NCBI GenBank assembly: GCA_020137815.1
Contig: CM035357.1
Coordinates: 248,001-312,000, forward strand
DNA: 64,000 nt
Source of the DNA: Hormiphora californensis
Lineage: Eukaryota; Animalia; Ctenophora
Direction: 5' to 3'
Below the pieces are notes generated by a model that was not told the origin of the DNA, searched no databases, and saw nothing but the letters and a program-made list of their open reading frames with translations. This document shows, piece by piece, positions 25,179-40,100 of this stretch. Position 1 is the stretch's first letter. Every line of letters begins with the position of its first letter. The position numbers and the translations under genes are program-made.

Positions 25179-28100
25179 TTAATCTGAATTTGCCACATAT
25201 GGTTTATCCTCTGAACCGTATATCTCTGATCCTTCTTCTTCCTCCTCAGCGACCGATTGGTCGGGGGTCGGGGTCGCTGAAAGGGTGAGGTTTGGTGAAA
25301 TTGCACACTTAGAGGATGTACCGTACAGAATAGAAGTGTGTGCAGTGTGTACTAGTGCGGTGTTGGGTCCCCCTATATTAGAATTCTACATCTAGAGATC
25401 AGTATACTCTCTATAGATACCTCTCTTACCTCTCTTTCCCTCGGATACCCTGAGTTCTCTCTTACCTCTCTTCCCCTCGGATACCCTGAGTTCCCTGACC
25501 AATCTGATCCTCTCCTCTTCCTGTCTGCGTCTCTCCTCCTCGATCCGTGCCTTCTCTGCTCTCCTTGCTATCTTCCTCCTGACTGAGAACGGGTCCTCAG
25601 GGTCCTCTATACTGGATACCTCTGTTCCTGTACTGTCAGTGTACACGCTAGCCTGGTGATGGGAGTTGTTGAGTAAGGGGTGGAGTAGTATACAAGTAAA
25701 CTTAGAGTTGGCCAGCTAGCTACGTTAGGGCTTCAGACCCCCTAACACCAGGAATTGAACTTCAGTTCAGTTTTTGGCCCCAAGTAACAATTAACAATCG
25801 GTTATTCAAGTGGTGATACAATTAACAATTAACAATTATAGTTACCTCTGACTCCGAGGGGGTGAGAGCAGTATCGATATCAGAATAGATATCTGATTCC
25901 CCACCAAAGCTGATATTGTCCGCCAGGTTCTGGGCCAGAGCTTGACGGGGTGTTTGCACCAGGTTGGTCACTTGGAGTGCATCCTGGGTGTGGTTAATTA
26001 ATTAATTTATTCACTATAGATAGCGTGATCATATATCAGTGAGTACTTAATTAGTAATCACTTAGTAATTAATCACTTAGTTAATAAGCAATCAAATAAT
26101 AATCACTAAGCAATTAATAATTAATTAATTAATCACTAACCACTACTTCCTCCTCTTCCTCTTCCTTGTAGTAATCATAACAGTGAGGCTTGAAAGGGAA
26201 ATTCTTGATGCAGTTCACACAGCCAACCTGGAGAGAGAGTAATATTATATGTTACTGCCTAGTAGATATAAAGGAGTGAAATTTGTTGAATAACTATCAT
26301 ATAACATTTATTAACTACACAACGAAAAACAGTTTTCCGTTTTCATCAGTTTTATTATCAAACAAACATAATATTTACCAATGTAAAGGTGAAGAGGAAT
26401 GGTGCTAGATACAAAATGTAGATGGCTTACCAATGTAAAGGTGAAGAGGAATGGTGCTAGATACAAAATGTAGATGGCAGAGGAGATATAGATCATCGGT
26501 TTAGGCCACACTTGTTGCTTGAAATACAGCTCTAACACCGCTGAAATAATTAACAGCTAATTAATTAATTAATTAACAAGTACCTTTGAAATAGTTAGTG
26601 AATATAATAGTTAGGAGAGTCTTAACAACTGTGTTCCACTTACAACTGTGTTCCACTTACAACATACAACCCTCCTTTAGGGAAAACTCAGCTCTAACTG
26701 AATGGCATCCCATTAATGGGATCCCATCAACAGTAAAACTCTAACTGCAGATAATGGACCACAGTGATGGTTCTTTCTCTGTATTCTCCCAGGTGGTGAG
26801 CTGCAACTTACAACTGTTTGCTGCGGTGATACCATCCTCTTCAAGAGAGTCCCCCGCCCCTCTTATCCCTATTGACCACCCTCACCCCCTATATGACTCA
26901 TCTCACCCTCGGCTCACTCCCCTCGCCCCATGTTCTAACCCTCCTTTACATGTGCACGTGGCAACTTACAACTATTTGCTGCGGTGATCCCATCCTCTTC
27001 AAGAGACTCTGCGGTCGCTGATCCCAGATACGTCATCTCAACTCTGAGGAGACTACCGAACTCTAGTACAGCTCGGAAAATAGCCATCCCTACCATACCT
27101 GATGAGTAATGGTTGGATGCTTTGGTTACGAAGTTACCCCTTGCCAGCGCGCGCGAAGTGTGAGGTGTCTTAATAAAAATATGTCGGGGAAAAAAATGTC
27201 GGGGAAATAAAAATAATTGGATAAACACCTTAATTACAGTCGGACCCCGATTTACCAGGAGGATAAAATTCCCCCGATATAGGAAATTAACAGAATTTGA
27301 CCCCGATATATCGGGCATCGCGGTCCGACTATCCGACTGTAGTACTAATTAGTAACTAAGAGTAATTAACAGTAATTAACAGTAATTAGTAATTACCTGC
27401 TGGCACGATGAAAGGCCACACGAACATCCAGTAGTAATGAAGATGATGCATGCTGTACATGAACATTGCGTTGTTCAGTCTGTACATACTGTATACCCAG
27501 GTACCCGCTATCACCTGTTAGGAGACGTCATGTGATCATATATATGGAGGTGTGAACATTATCATGTCCATATATGGGGGTGTGAACATTATCATGTCCA
27601 TATATGGGGGTGTGAACATTGAATGACTATATATGGAGGTTTGAACATCATCATGTCCATATATGGAGGTGTGCTGGTGTGAACACTATCATGTCCATAT
27701 ATGGAGATTTCTCACCATGATGGCTGATAGGATGGGGACAGGCCAACCGTATGCGAACTTTTCGAATATCTGATACATAAAGAATCCGAATCCCGTATTG
27801 AGAGCGTACACCTGGGAGAAAAGAAACTGAAATTAGTAAATTAGTAAATTAGTAAATTAGTAAATTAGTATATTAGTAACAATTTTAAATAATGATTGGA
27901 GAAATAGATTGGGTCAATAAAATACATGACAATTGACATCAGTTGTACCTGTGCGAGTTACTTCGAACTCTATACTACTTTCGCGGGCAGGTCATCCTCC
28001 AGACGCAGCAATTGCACAAACAAACAAACAAACAAACAAACAAACAAACCTGTGCAAGTGCAGCACAGAGAGCAGCCACCAACAGACATGAGGGGATTCG

Positions 28101-31100
28101 GGAGAAATTTAGGAAACCTGCTCCATAGACAGAAGTAGCCATAGTCTCAATAATTGCCTGGAGAGATCGTTACTTTAACTAGGGAGAGATTAGAAGAAAT
28201 GAGAAAGTAGAAGAAATGAGAATAGGGTTAGCTGACAATTTACACCATGTACTAATAGTACAACAATAGTAAATATACCTGGATACATAATGAACTAATT
28301 ACCTAATTAACACTAATTAGCACTAATTACTAATTAGCAACATGTTCTATTATATACCTGGATAGATCCGATACTATTCATCACAATACACATCAGCATG
28401 AGAGGGAGTATCGCCAGGGAGTGCTTGTGAAATGACAGAGAGTCTGCTATTGTAGCCATGAAGAGATAGGAACCACCAGCATCCCTGCAATAAAACATTA
28501 ATTGCTTGGAATTAATCAATCAATCTAGTAAATCAATCAATTATGAATTAACAAGTTGCAATTATATACAGCTGTAATTAGATCTGTACAAGAATTGAAC
28601 GAGGAAAAAGACCAGAAAAGACTAAATACTTTCTGAGGTACATTGTATACAGTGCTACCAGACCTAATTTCATTATTTAATTGAAACCAAGTTTCAATAT
28701 TCAATTGAAACCATTTTTTCGCTATAACACTGGAACCTATATTTTCAATATATATACGAACCTGTTCATGACATCTTTTATTCTAAACTCAACTCGGTCG
28801 GTCAGAGTTGACACGAACCTGTTCATGACATCCTTTATTCTAAACTCAACTCGGTCGGTCCGACGAACCTGTTCATGACATCCTTTATTCTAAACTCAAC
28901 TCGGTCGGTCCGACGAACCTGTTCATGACATCCTTTATTCTAAACTCAACTCGGTCGGTCAGACGAACCTGTTCATGACATCCTTTATTCTAAACTCAAC
29001 TCGGTCAGTCAGACGAACCTGTTCATGACATCCTTTATTCTAAACTCAACTCGGTCGGTCAGACGAACCTGTTCATGACATCCTTTATCCTAAACTCAAC
29101 TCGGTCGGTCCGACGAACCTGTTCATGACATCCTTTATTCTAAACTCAACTCGGTCTGTCAGACGAACCTGTTCATGACATCCTTTATTCTAAACTCAAC
29201 TCGGTCCGTCAGACGAACCTGTTCATGACATCCTTTATTCTAAACTCAACTCGGTCTGTCAGACGAACCTGTTCATGACATCCTTTATTCTAAACTCAAC
29301 TCGGTCCGTCAGACGAACCTGTTCATGACATCCTTTATTCTAAACTCAACTCGGTCGGTCAGACGAACCTGTTCATGACATCCTTTATTCTAAACTCAAC
29401 TCGGTCGGTCAGACGAACCTGTTCATGACATCCTTTATTATAAACTCAACTCGGTCGGTCCGACGAACCTGTTCATGACATCCTTTATTCTAAACTCAAC
29501 TCGGTCTGTCCGACGAACCTGTTCATGACATCCTTTATTCTAAACTCAACTCGGTCGGTCCGACGAACCTGTTCATGACATCCTTTATTCTAAACTCAAC
29601 TCGGTCGGTCCGACGAACCTGTTCATGACATCCTTTATTCTAAACTCAACTCGGTCGGTCCGACGAACCTGTTCATGACATCCTTTATTCTAAACTCAAC
29701 TCGGTCGGTCCGACGAACCTGTTCATGACATCCTTTATTCTAAACTCAACTCGGTCCGTCAGACGAACCTGTTCATGACATCCTTTATTCTAAACTCAAC
29801 TCGGTCGGTCAGACGAACCTGTTCATGACATCCTTTATTCTAAACTCAACTCGGTCGGTCCGACGAACCTGTTCATGACATCCTTTATTCTAAACTCAAC
29901 TCGGTCGGTCCGACGAACCTGTTCATGACATCTTTTATTCTAAACTCAACTCGGTCGGTCCGACGAACCTGTTCATGACATCCTTTATTCTAAACTCAAC
30001 TCGGTCGGTCCGACGAACCTGTTCATGACATCCTTTATCCTAAACTCAACTCGGTCGGTCAGACGAACCTGTTCATGACATCTTTTATCCTAAACTCAAC
30101 TCGGTCGGTCCGACGAACCTGTTCATGACATCCTTTATTCTAAACTCAACTCGGTCGGTCAGACGAACCTGTTCATGACATCCTTTATCCTAAACTCAAC
30201 TCGGTCGGTCCGACGAACCTGTTCATGACATCCTTTATTCTAAACTCAACTCGGTCGGTCCGACGAACCTGTTCATGACATCTTTTATCCTAAACTCAAC
30301 TCGGTCGGTCAGACGAACCTGTTCATGACATCCTTTATCCTAAACTCAACTCGGTCGGTCCGACGAACCTGTTCATGACATCCTTTATTCTAAACTCAAC
30401 TCGGTCGGTCCGACGAACCTGTTCATGACATCTTTTATCCTAAACTCAACTCGGTCGGTCAGACGAACCTGTTCATGACATCCTTTATCCTAAACTCAAC
30501 TCGGTCGGTCCGACAAACCTGTTCATGACATCCTTTATTCTAAACTCAACTCGGTCGGTCAGACGAACCTGTTCATGACATCCTTTATTCTAAACTCAAC
30601 ACGAACCTGTTCATGACATCCTTTATTCTAAACTCAACTCGGTCGGTCCGACGAACCTGTTCATGACATCCTTTATTCTAAACTCAACTCGGTCGGTCAG
30701 ACGAACCTGTTCATGACATCCTTTATTCTAAACTCAACACGAACCTGTTCATGACATCCTTTATTCTAAACTCAACTCGGTCGGTCAGACGAACCTGTTC
30801 ATGACATCCTTTATCCTAAACTCAACTCGGTCGGTCAGACGAACCTGTTCATGACATCCTTTATTCTAAACTCAACTCGGTCGGTCCGACGAACCTGTTC
30901 ATGACATCCTTTATCCTAAACTCAACTCGGTCTGTCCGACGAACCTGTTCATGACATCCTTTATTCTAAACTCAACTCGGTCGGTCCGACGAACCTGTTC
31001 ATGACATCCTTTATTCTAAACTCAACTCGGTCGGTCAGACGAACCTGTTCATGACATCCTTTATCCTAAACTCAACTCGGTCGGTCAGACGAACCTGTTC

Positions 31101-34100
31101 ATGACATCTTTTATTCTAAACTCAACTGGGTCGGTCAGACGAACCTGTTCATGACATCCTTTATTCTAAACTCAACTCGGTCGGTCAGACGAACCTGTTC
31201 ATGACATCCTTTATTCTAAACTCAACTCGGTCCGTCAGACGAACCTGTTCATGACATCCTTTATTCTAAACTCAACTCGGTCAGACGAACCTGTTCATGA
31301 TATCCTTTATCCTAAACTCAACTCGGTCGGTCAGACGAACCTGTTCATGACATCCTTTATTCTAAACTCAACTCGGTCCGTCAGACGAACCTGTTCATGA
31401 CATCCTTTATTCTAAACTCAACTCGGTCGGTCCGACGAACCTGTTCATGACATCCTTTATCCTAAACTCAACTCGGTCGGTCAGACGAACCTGTTCATGA
31501 CATCCTTTATCCTAAACTCAACTCGGTCGGTCCGACGAACCTGTTCATGACATCCTTTATCCTAAACACAACTCGGTCGGTCAGACGAACCTGTTCATGA
31601 CATCCATTATTCTAAACTCAACTCGGTCGGTCCGACGAACCTGTTCATGACATCCTTTATTCTAAACTCAACTCGGTCGGTCCGACGAACCTGTTCATGA
31701 CATCCTTTATTCTAAACTCAACTCGGTCGGTCAGACGAACCTGTTCATGACATCCTTTATCCTAAACTCAACTCGGTCGGTCAGACGAACCTGTTCATGA
31801 CATCCTTTATTCTAAACTCAACTCGGTCGGTCCGACGAACCTGTTCATGACATCCTTTATTCTAAACTCAACTCGGTCGGTCCGACGAACCTGTTCATGA
31901 CATCCTTTATTCTAAACTCAACTCGGTCGGTCCGACGAACCTGTTCATGACATCCTTTATTCTAAACTCAACTCGGTCGGTCCGACGAACCTGTTCATGA
32001 CATCCTTTATTCTAAACTCAACTCGGTCGGTCCGACGAACCTGTTCATGACATCCTTTATTCTAAACTCAACTCGGTCGGTCCGACGAACCTGTTCATGA
32101 CATCCTTTATCCTAAACTCAACACGAACCTGTTCATGACATCCTTTATTCTAAACTCAACTCGGTCGGTTAGACCGTAGAACTTCTTCCTCTCGGGATTG
32201 TGCATGATGTTGTTCATATAGTTGACATTAAGGAATACAAACAACATGAACACTAAATTCCCAACCCAGGCGTAACATGTAATTACCATTCCTGAAGAGA
32301 AATGTGTTATACTTTTATATTGCATTGAATCACTCTGATCACATTCAAGACATCTGGACATCATGTGTGAAATTGTGTGATCTGTTGGATGTATCTCATG
32401 CATCTCACGTACCCTGCAAGCCTCTCTCTCACGTACCCTGCTAGCCTCTCTCTCCCTCTCCCACGTACCCTCTCTCTCTCCCTCTCTCACTCAAGTTGAC
32501 CCAGTTATCACGTACCCTGTAAGTTGACCCAGTTATCACGTACCCTGCAAGTTGACCCAGTTATCACGTGGATTGTAAGATGAGAATGCAATGTTAACTC
32601 CTGTTCCAATGGCATGGAATGTCATAGTCACAATTCCTGGAAACAGTTCATTAAATCATTCATCATTCTATCAATGTAATATAGCTGGTAAGAGTCATTA
32701 TATCTTGATGTATTGTGCCATTTTGTATGTGATTTTTAATGGAAAGCACACGATAGTATATTCACGGTACCTGCTACGATAGAATGTATCTGGTTACCAT
32801 GGTTACATGTACCTGCTTCAGCCCAGTTGTTGGGTTTGCTAAAGTACCGTCCAACGGAATGTATGAAGGTCTCATCGTCAGTATCCCTCTCAAGCTCAAA
32901 TAACATTTTAACTAGCTCAGCATTAATACCACCACGAAGTGCTGGAGTTTAAATGAGGGGAGGGGGGTTTCATGAGAGATGTGTTTTATGGGGCTCTTTG
33001 ATATAAACAGCTGATATATATACACAGTCGGACACCTTGAGTTACATGGGTGCAGTATTTAAAGTCCGTTTCAAGCGACTTGACCCGTAATTCTTGGAAT
33101 TTGGCGCATTGCGCGTGTATTTACAAAGGGGAAATCCTGAATTTCCAGGAATCTCAGGTCAAGTCGTTTGAAACGCACTCTAGTAGGTAGAGTAGAGAAA
33201 TCTCTAGCTCTGGGTGCAGTAATAGCATGTATGGTTTATGATCAAGATATCAATTTGATAATATCGTAATATAATTATCCGTTTGTAAAAGAAAGACATA
33301 AGTCCGACTGTGTATCAGAGCTGTCTCTCAAAGTGCCCTCTCTGTTACCTGCCTCTACCCATTTCTCTGCGTCACTAAAATTCTCCTGCAACTGCACCCA
33401 CGGACCATCCCGCAGCCCAAACAACATTCCAAAAAGTTCCTCATTCCACCCACCACGCACCGCTAATTAATTAATTGACTTTTAATTAGTGTATTAATTT
33501 TCACTCCACAGTTCTTTTCGTTGAGTAATTGGATGAATAATTGATTAAATAATTAATTGTTTAATCTAGTAATTAACTGATTAATTAATTCATTCATAAT
33601 GCTTGATATACTTACAGATGTAGATGCACCCCAGAATTATCCCAAAGAGAGGTATAATGTACTGAATACCAAACAAAATATGCCGGAGAGACGGTTTGAT
33701 GGCCGTGATCAGCGCTATAAAGTTAACCAGGATTAATTAGTTAATTAGTTAATTAGTTAATTAGTTAATTAGTTAACGAGGATTATGAGTACATTTCAAA
33801 GGGTACTATTTTACTAATCTTAGTAAAATATTAAAGGGTATTATACATACTGACATTTCGAAGGGCACGGTTATTATATTTTACTAATCTTAGTAAAATA
33901 TCGAAGGGTATACATTTTAACTCACCAATAAACAGGAACGTGAACATGCACATGTATCTGTTCTCCTTGTCAGCGTGAGTAATAAACAGACTTGTGAAAT
34001 CATTGAAATACGTTGTCACATTTGTTGTTCCCTCGGTGTTGTTTCTAGCGATGAATGTCTGATAAAACTCAGTGTTCTCCAGCTTCTCTGAAATGATGAC

Positions 34101-37100
34101 GTTATCTGATTATTGTGCAATCATTGTGCAATCATTGTGCAATTATTGTGCAATTATTGTGCAATCATTGTGCAATCATTGTGCAATCATTGTGCAATCA
34201 TTGTGCAATTATTGTGCAATTATTGTGCAATCATTGTGCAATCATTGTGCAATCATTGTGCAATCATTGTGCAATCATTGTGCAATCATTGTGCAATCAT
34301 TGTGCAATCATTGTGCAATTATTGTGCAATCATTGTGCAATTATTGTGCAATCATTGTGCAATCATTGTGCAATTATTGTGCAATCATTGTGCAATCATT
34401 GTGCAATCATTGTGCAATTATTGTGCAATCATTGTGCAATCATTGTGCAATCATTGTGCAATTATTGTGCAATCATTGTGCAATCATTGTGCAATCATTG
34501 TGCAATCATTGTGCAATCATTGTGCAATCATTGTGCAATCATTGTGCAATCATTGTGCAATCATTGTGCAATCATTGTGCAATCATTGTGCAATCATTGT
34601 GCAATCATTGTGCAATCATTGTGCAATCATTGTGCAATTATTGTGCAATCATTGTGCAATCATTGTGCAATCATTGTGCAATTATTGTGCAATCATTGTG
34701 CAATTATTGTGCAATCATTGTGCAATCATTGTGCAATCATTGTGCAATTATTGTGCAATCATTGTGCAATCATTGTGCAATCATTGTGCAATTATTGTGC
34801 AATCATTGTGCAATCATTGTGCAATCATTGTGCAATCATTGTGCAATCATTGTGCAATCATTGTGCAATTATTGTGCAATCATTGTGCAATTATTGTGCA
34901 ATCATTGTGCAATCATTGTGCAATCATTGTGCAATCATTGTGCAATTATTGTGCAATCATTGTGCAATTATTGTGCAATCATTGTGCAATTATTGTGCAA
35001 TCATTGTGCAATCATTGTGCAATCATTGTGCAATTATTGTGCAATCATTGTGCAATTATTGTGCAATCATTGTGCAATCATTGTGCAATCATTGTGCAAT
35101 CATTGTGCAATTATTGTGCAATCATTGTGCAATTATTGTGCAATCATTGTGCAATTATTGTGCAATCATTGTGCAATCATTGTGCAATCATTGTGCAATA
35201 GACTTATCAATGGAAACCTATGTGGACTCCATCGCACTGTGTACACTCAGATTAGGAATTTGAAATTAAAATCGAGGTCCGTGGCACCACAGGAAACAGT
35301 AAAGAAATGTGAGAGTGATTATATAAACATACACACACATATACATATATACATATAATAGATATATCTACCTGTGAACTCTAGCTTGTAAGTTTGGAAC
35401 TGGAAGAGGGTGGGGGAATACTTGCAAAACACGTTTATCTGTTCATCCCATATTTCTTGTAGATCTTCGTAGCGGCTATAAATTAGTGTATTATTATAAT
35501 AGTGGGACTATAAAGTAACTTGTAGCGGCTATAATGTAGTGTAGTGTTATCACAGTTAAACTATAAAGTAACTTGTAGCGGCTATAATGTAGTGTAGTGT
35601 TATCACAGTTAGACTATAAAGTAACTTGTAGCGGCTGTAATGTAGTGTAGTGTTATCACAGTTAGACTATAAACTATAAAGTAACTTGTAGCGGCTATAA
35701 TGTAGTGTAGTGTTATCACAGTTAGACTATAAAGTAACTTGTAGCGGCTGTAATGTAGTGTAGTGTTATCACAGTTAGACTATAAACTATAAAGTGACTT
35801 GTAGCGGCTATAAATTAGTGTATGATTATAGTGTATTGTTATTGTGAGACTCACAAAATATTGTAACTGAGATACGTGTTTTCACAGAATATTTTGTGAA
35901 GACTATAGGTACGTAAGTATATTTATAATAATATGTATACAGGGTATCTCCTTCCGGCTTGGTCAACAGGGACAAAATGAAAATACGGTGGTTTATTAAT
36001 CAGAACAGTTTCGATGTAACAACATCTTCATCAGCCTCAAATTAATTTGTTGAAAAGTATAATACTGAAGTTGCAATTACTCTGTAGGGAGTGTGTCGGC
36101 AGATGTCACTACGGGATCTGTACCAGTACAATATTTGGCCTTCATTTCATCCGTGGTATTACTTGATCCACACCACTGGTAAAAGCAGTTGTTCCAAGGG
36201 AACCTGGAATGGGAATTATAGGGTGAGATACATAATGTATATGAGGTATAAACTCTTGCCAGTGGCGCGTTATTTCAGATACCTTTCTCCCAGCGCGCCG
36301 CTGGGAGAAGGTAGCTGTAGTTTATCCGCCACTGGCGGATAAACTGGTTTAAATCACGACGACGATCCCGAGGCGTAGCCGAGGGAGAGGCGGAGGGGTT
36401 TAAACCTATAACGCGTCTGTGGCAAGAGTTTATAGGTTATATACCCTGCTTTAGTTGTTTGTTACAAGTATTACACACTAACAAGAGAGAGAACACTAAT
36501 CAAAACACATAAAGAGAACTGAGAAACAGTCAAAAATTGAGTGTACATTGTTTGGTAACAGTTACTAAGGAGAGAGAGAAAGATATAACAAGATATGGGG
36601 CATGCCAGACATAACACAGAGGAATTGAGATAGTGAAACAAAAGGGAAGATAAAGAGAGAGTAATTGACGGAATGTGTTGTTTCTTTCTCTCCAATTTAG
36701 TGTGTAACTCTTCCAAACAGTGTTCCCTCTGTATTTCAGTAAGAACTGATCATTTACACACACTTTGAATGTAACATAGGAGTTAAAAATAAATAACCTG
36801 CCAGTGGGAAATAATCTGCCGCTGGACTGGCTGGTTATCGAGAGCGCGCTAGTGGGACTTCTCGCAACTGGCGCATTATTTAAGTTAGCAGGGTATATAT
36901 ATGATAAACCGCTTTTGAAAGCAGTGAGGTAGCCGTAAAGTCTTTCTTAAGTGGTATCTTACAAATATGCTACAAAGCAGGATAATTAATGTTGTTGATG
37001 GTGATGATATGACTGTACTTTAATTTAGTACAAAAACAACGACAATATAATTGGTAACCATGGTTACTAACAGATGAAGCGCCTCCCCAGGAAGGAACGA

Positions 37101-40100
37101 GTATTTATCATCAACTCCCTTGTCAATACTCTGAGCCATCGTCCACTCTGAAACATGGGACAATTAATTAACAATAATTAACACTAATTGATTTGATATA
37201 TCAATAACCCTAGTAGATCAGTCATGTTGTGTAATATAATCGCATATCTGACTCACTCATAACTTTGTTTTGACCAATCATTATCTGAAAGTATTGCATG
37301 AGGTACCCAATAACTTGAATTGTGGGGTAACCATGGTAACAACAGGGGAGGGTTACCATGGTTACCATGACTCACTCATAACTTTGTTTTGACCAATCAT
37401 TATCTGAAAGTATTGCATGAGATAACCAATAACTTGAATTGTGGGGTAACCATGGTAACACCAGGGGAGGGTTACCATGGTTACCATGACTCACTCATAA
37501 CTTTGTTTTGGCCAATCATTATCTGAAAGTATTGCATGAGGTAACCAATAACTTGAATTGTGGGGTAACCATGGTAACAACAGGGGAGGGTTACCATGGT
37601 TACCATGACTCACTCATAACTTTGTTTTGACCAATCATTATCTGAAAGTATTGCATGAGATACCCAATAACTTGAATTGTGGGGTACATGTAGTTGACAG
37701 CTTGGAATAAGTTGATGAACAGACAACCTGAGAAACGATAAAATCAATATGATACTAATTAAAATCAATATGATACTAATTAAAATCAATATGATACTAA
37801 TTAAAATCAATATGATACTAATTAAAATCAAAACGATACTAATTAAAATCAATATGATACTAATTAGTTAATGGTTGATATCATATTGGATTACAGATAT
37901 CCGGTTTTTAAATATATTAGATTATAATGTATAATGCCTATTATACTTACACCATCCTATCCCAGAGAAACAAGGGTGAACTTTCTTCCACACCGATATT
38001 GGACCTGATCTGTAGGGTGGAGGGTTAACAGACGTGTTACCATGGTTACCATCCCCCCTGTTGTTATCATGGTTACCATGGTTACAACCCCCTCCCCTGT
38101 TGTTACCATGGTTACAACCCCCTCCCCTGCTGTTACCATGGTTACAACCCCCTCCCCTGTTGTTACCATGCAGGTTACCACTCCCATATTTACCTGAACA
38201 CCTGACCAAGGTCAATCTCAAGGATGAAGGCAGGGAGGGAAATAAGGGAATGCACTATAAAGCACTGGATCACAAAAATATCTGAAATGTTTTCAAGAAA
38301 TCAGACTCGGTTAATTCAGAAATTTTATCGATCCCAACTCCTAGCTTCAACATTATAATGTGTTAACAGCACGGCGTGTTACCATGGTAACAGCATTTAT
38401 AATGTGTTAACAGCACGGCGTGTTACCATGGTAACTGATGGTATTTCAACTCACATTTCCCAAAAGCGTAGTACTTGTACGCGAATCGTGTGATGATACC
38501 GACCCCAATGGCGGCCCCTGCCTGGGCGATCACATACGCCTGTGGAATGGCCCACTCTCCTCGGTTATCTGTTGGGTATATGATACCAAGTGGGTACTTC
38601 CTTCTGTGTTTGTATATCCTCCACTTCTCTCTTGTTTGTGCGTTGTATGTGAGGGATGTCCACACTGGCCACAAGGCACAAAATATCAGCAGCGCCCACT
38701 GCATGAAGAGCATGAACCCAGGCCACTGGGTCCTGGAACGGAAATCCTGGAGGAGGTGAGTGTAGGAAACATGGTTGTTCAAGCAGAGTGACAAGGTGTT
38801 TGGACAAAACAAGGTAACGGCACTATAAGGATTGAGCTTCCATGATATATGGCAGAATGATTCAATGTGGAATGTGTGATATAATTGAACATGTGATGTT
38901 ATAATGGGTGTCGGGTGATATAATTGATTCCACTTACAACGGAATCATAACAATCCACTAGTTTAGGATATCCATAATCAACAGCAACATCTGTCTCGTT
39001 AGTCCGTGCCAAGATACTCCTGGGAGGGGGGAGGGGGGTTATAGTGATACTCATGGATAGTGGTGTTGCTACTATCGTGTCAATACACACTATAGCTGGC
39101 AAGGGGACTCCTGAGAGGGGGAGGGAGAAGGGGATATGTTACAGAGAAGGAGATACTCCTGAGAGGGGGAGGGAGATATGTTACAGAGAAAGAGGGTAGG
39201 GTAAATATGTGAGGTCGATCTCAGTCAATCTGTTTCAATCTCGCACATGTAACCAACCCCTGAAACAGGAAGGTAGATATGTACATGTTAATTGTTAATT
39301 ACCTATTGAATTGAAGGTATAGTTCGCTAACAAATGTTGCAAAGAGTCCCGGCGAGAGGATCCAAGAGAAGTACTGCTGCCACAGAACTGGAATCTGGTA
39401 CCCACATTTCATCCACACATCATCGTTAAATCTGGGGACGGGAGGATCACGTGATAAGGTGCGTTAGTTGTAACGCGTGTGTGGGGGAGGATGTATGACG
39501 CGATGGTGTTGTTGAGTTGTAACGCGTGATTATGTGTGAGGGAGGATGTATCACGCGATGGTGCGTGAGTTGTAACGCGTGTGTGGGGGAGGATGTTTCA
39601 CGCGATTTTAATACCTGTATATACTGTAAATCCATGCTATTGCAAACACTTCTCCGCACGCAATAAACATCGAGGGAATGGGGTATATGATCTGATCCAG
39701 CATCTCAAACAGATAGGCACCATTCTGGAGTCCAAATAGTAGCCCCACTATACAAGATAGCACTGAGTACGCAACTGAAGGGTGACACGTAGTTAATAAA
39801 GTAGAACCCAGTTATTATGTATTGTACTAATCACTTCCTGGGTAATTATAAACTCACTGGTGATTACCATGGTAACCATTCTAAACTCACTGGTGATTAC
39901 CATGGTCACCATTCTAAACTCACTGGTGATTACCATGGTAACCATTCTAAACTCACTGGTGATTACCATGGTCACCATTCTAAACTCACTGGTGATTACC
40001 ATGGTAACCATTCTAAACTCACTGGTGATTACCATGGTAACCATTCTAAACTCACTGGTGATTACCATGGTAACCATTCTAAACCCACTGGTGATTACTA

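Noticed and set aside
27948-28016. Possible extra SLC6 exon ending gcacag|gtac
   Set aside because: Stops in all three minus frames over most of its length, and the flanking exons join in phase without it.
28756-32170. CRISPR-like regular array (also 44406-49846)
   Set aside because: No unique spacers, no cas genes and a eukaryotic context. The units are exon-boundary copies.
34110-35198. 11-bp satellite as another splice-site array
   Set aside because: The unit has no match to neighbouring exon ends, so I treated it as an ordinary satellite.
34072-35358. 428, 382 and 362 aa Cys-rich ORFs
   Set aside because: Stop-free 11-bp satellite, open in all three + frames, inside an intron of a minus-strand gene.
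25179-37727. A separate innexin-like or other membrane gene downstream of the SLC6
   Set aside because: The exons carry SLC6 motifs in order (FPWNNC, FSSYN, WVYS) and splice in phase with the upstream domain.
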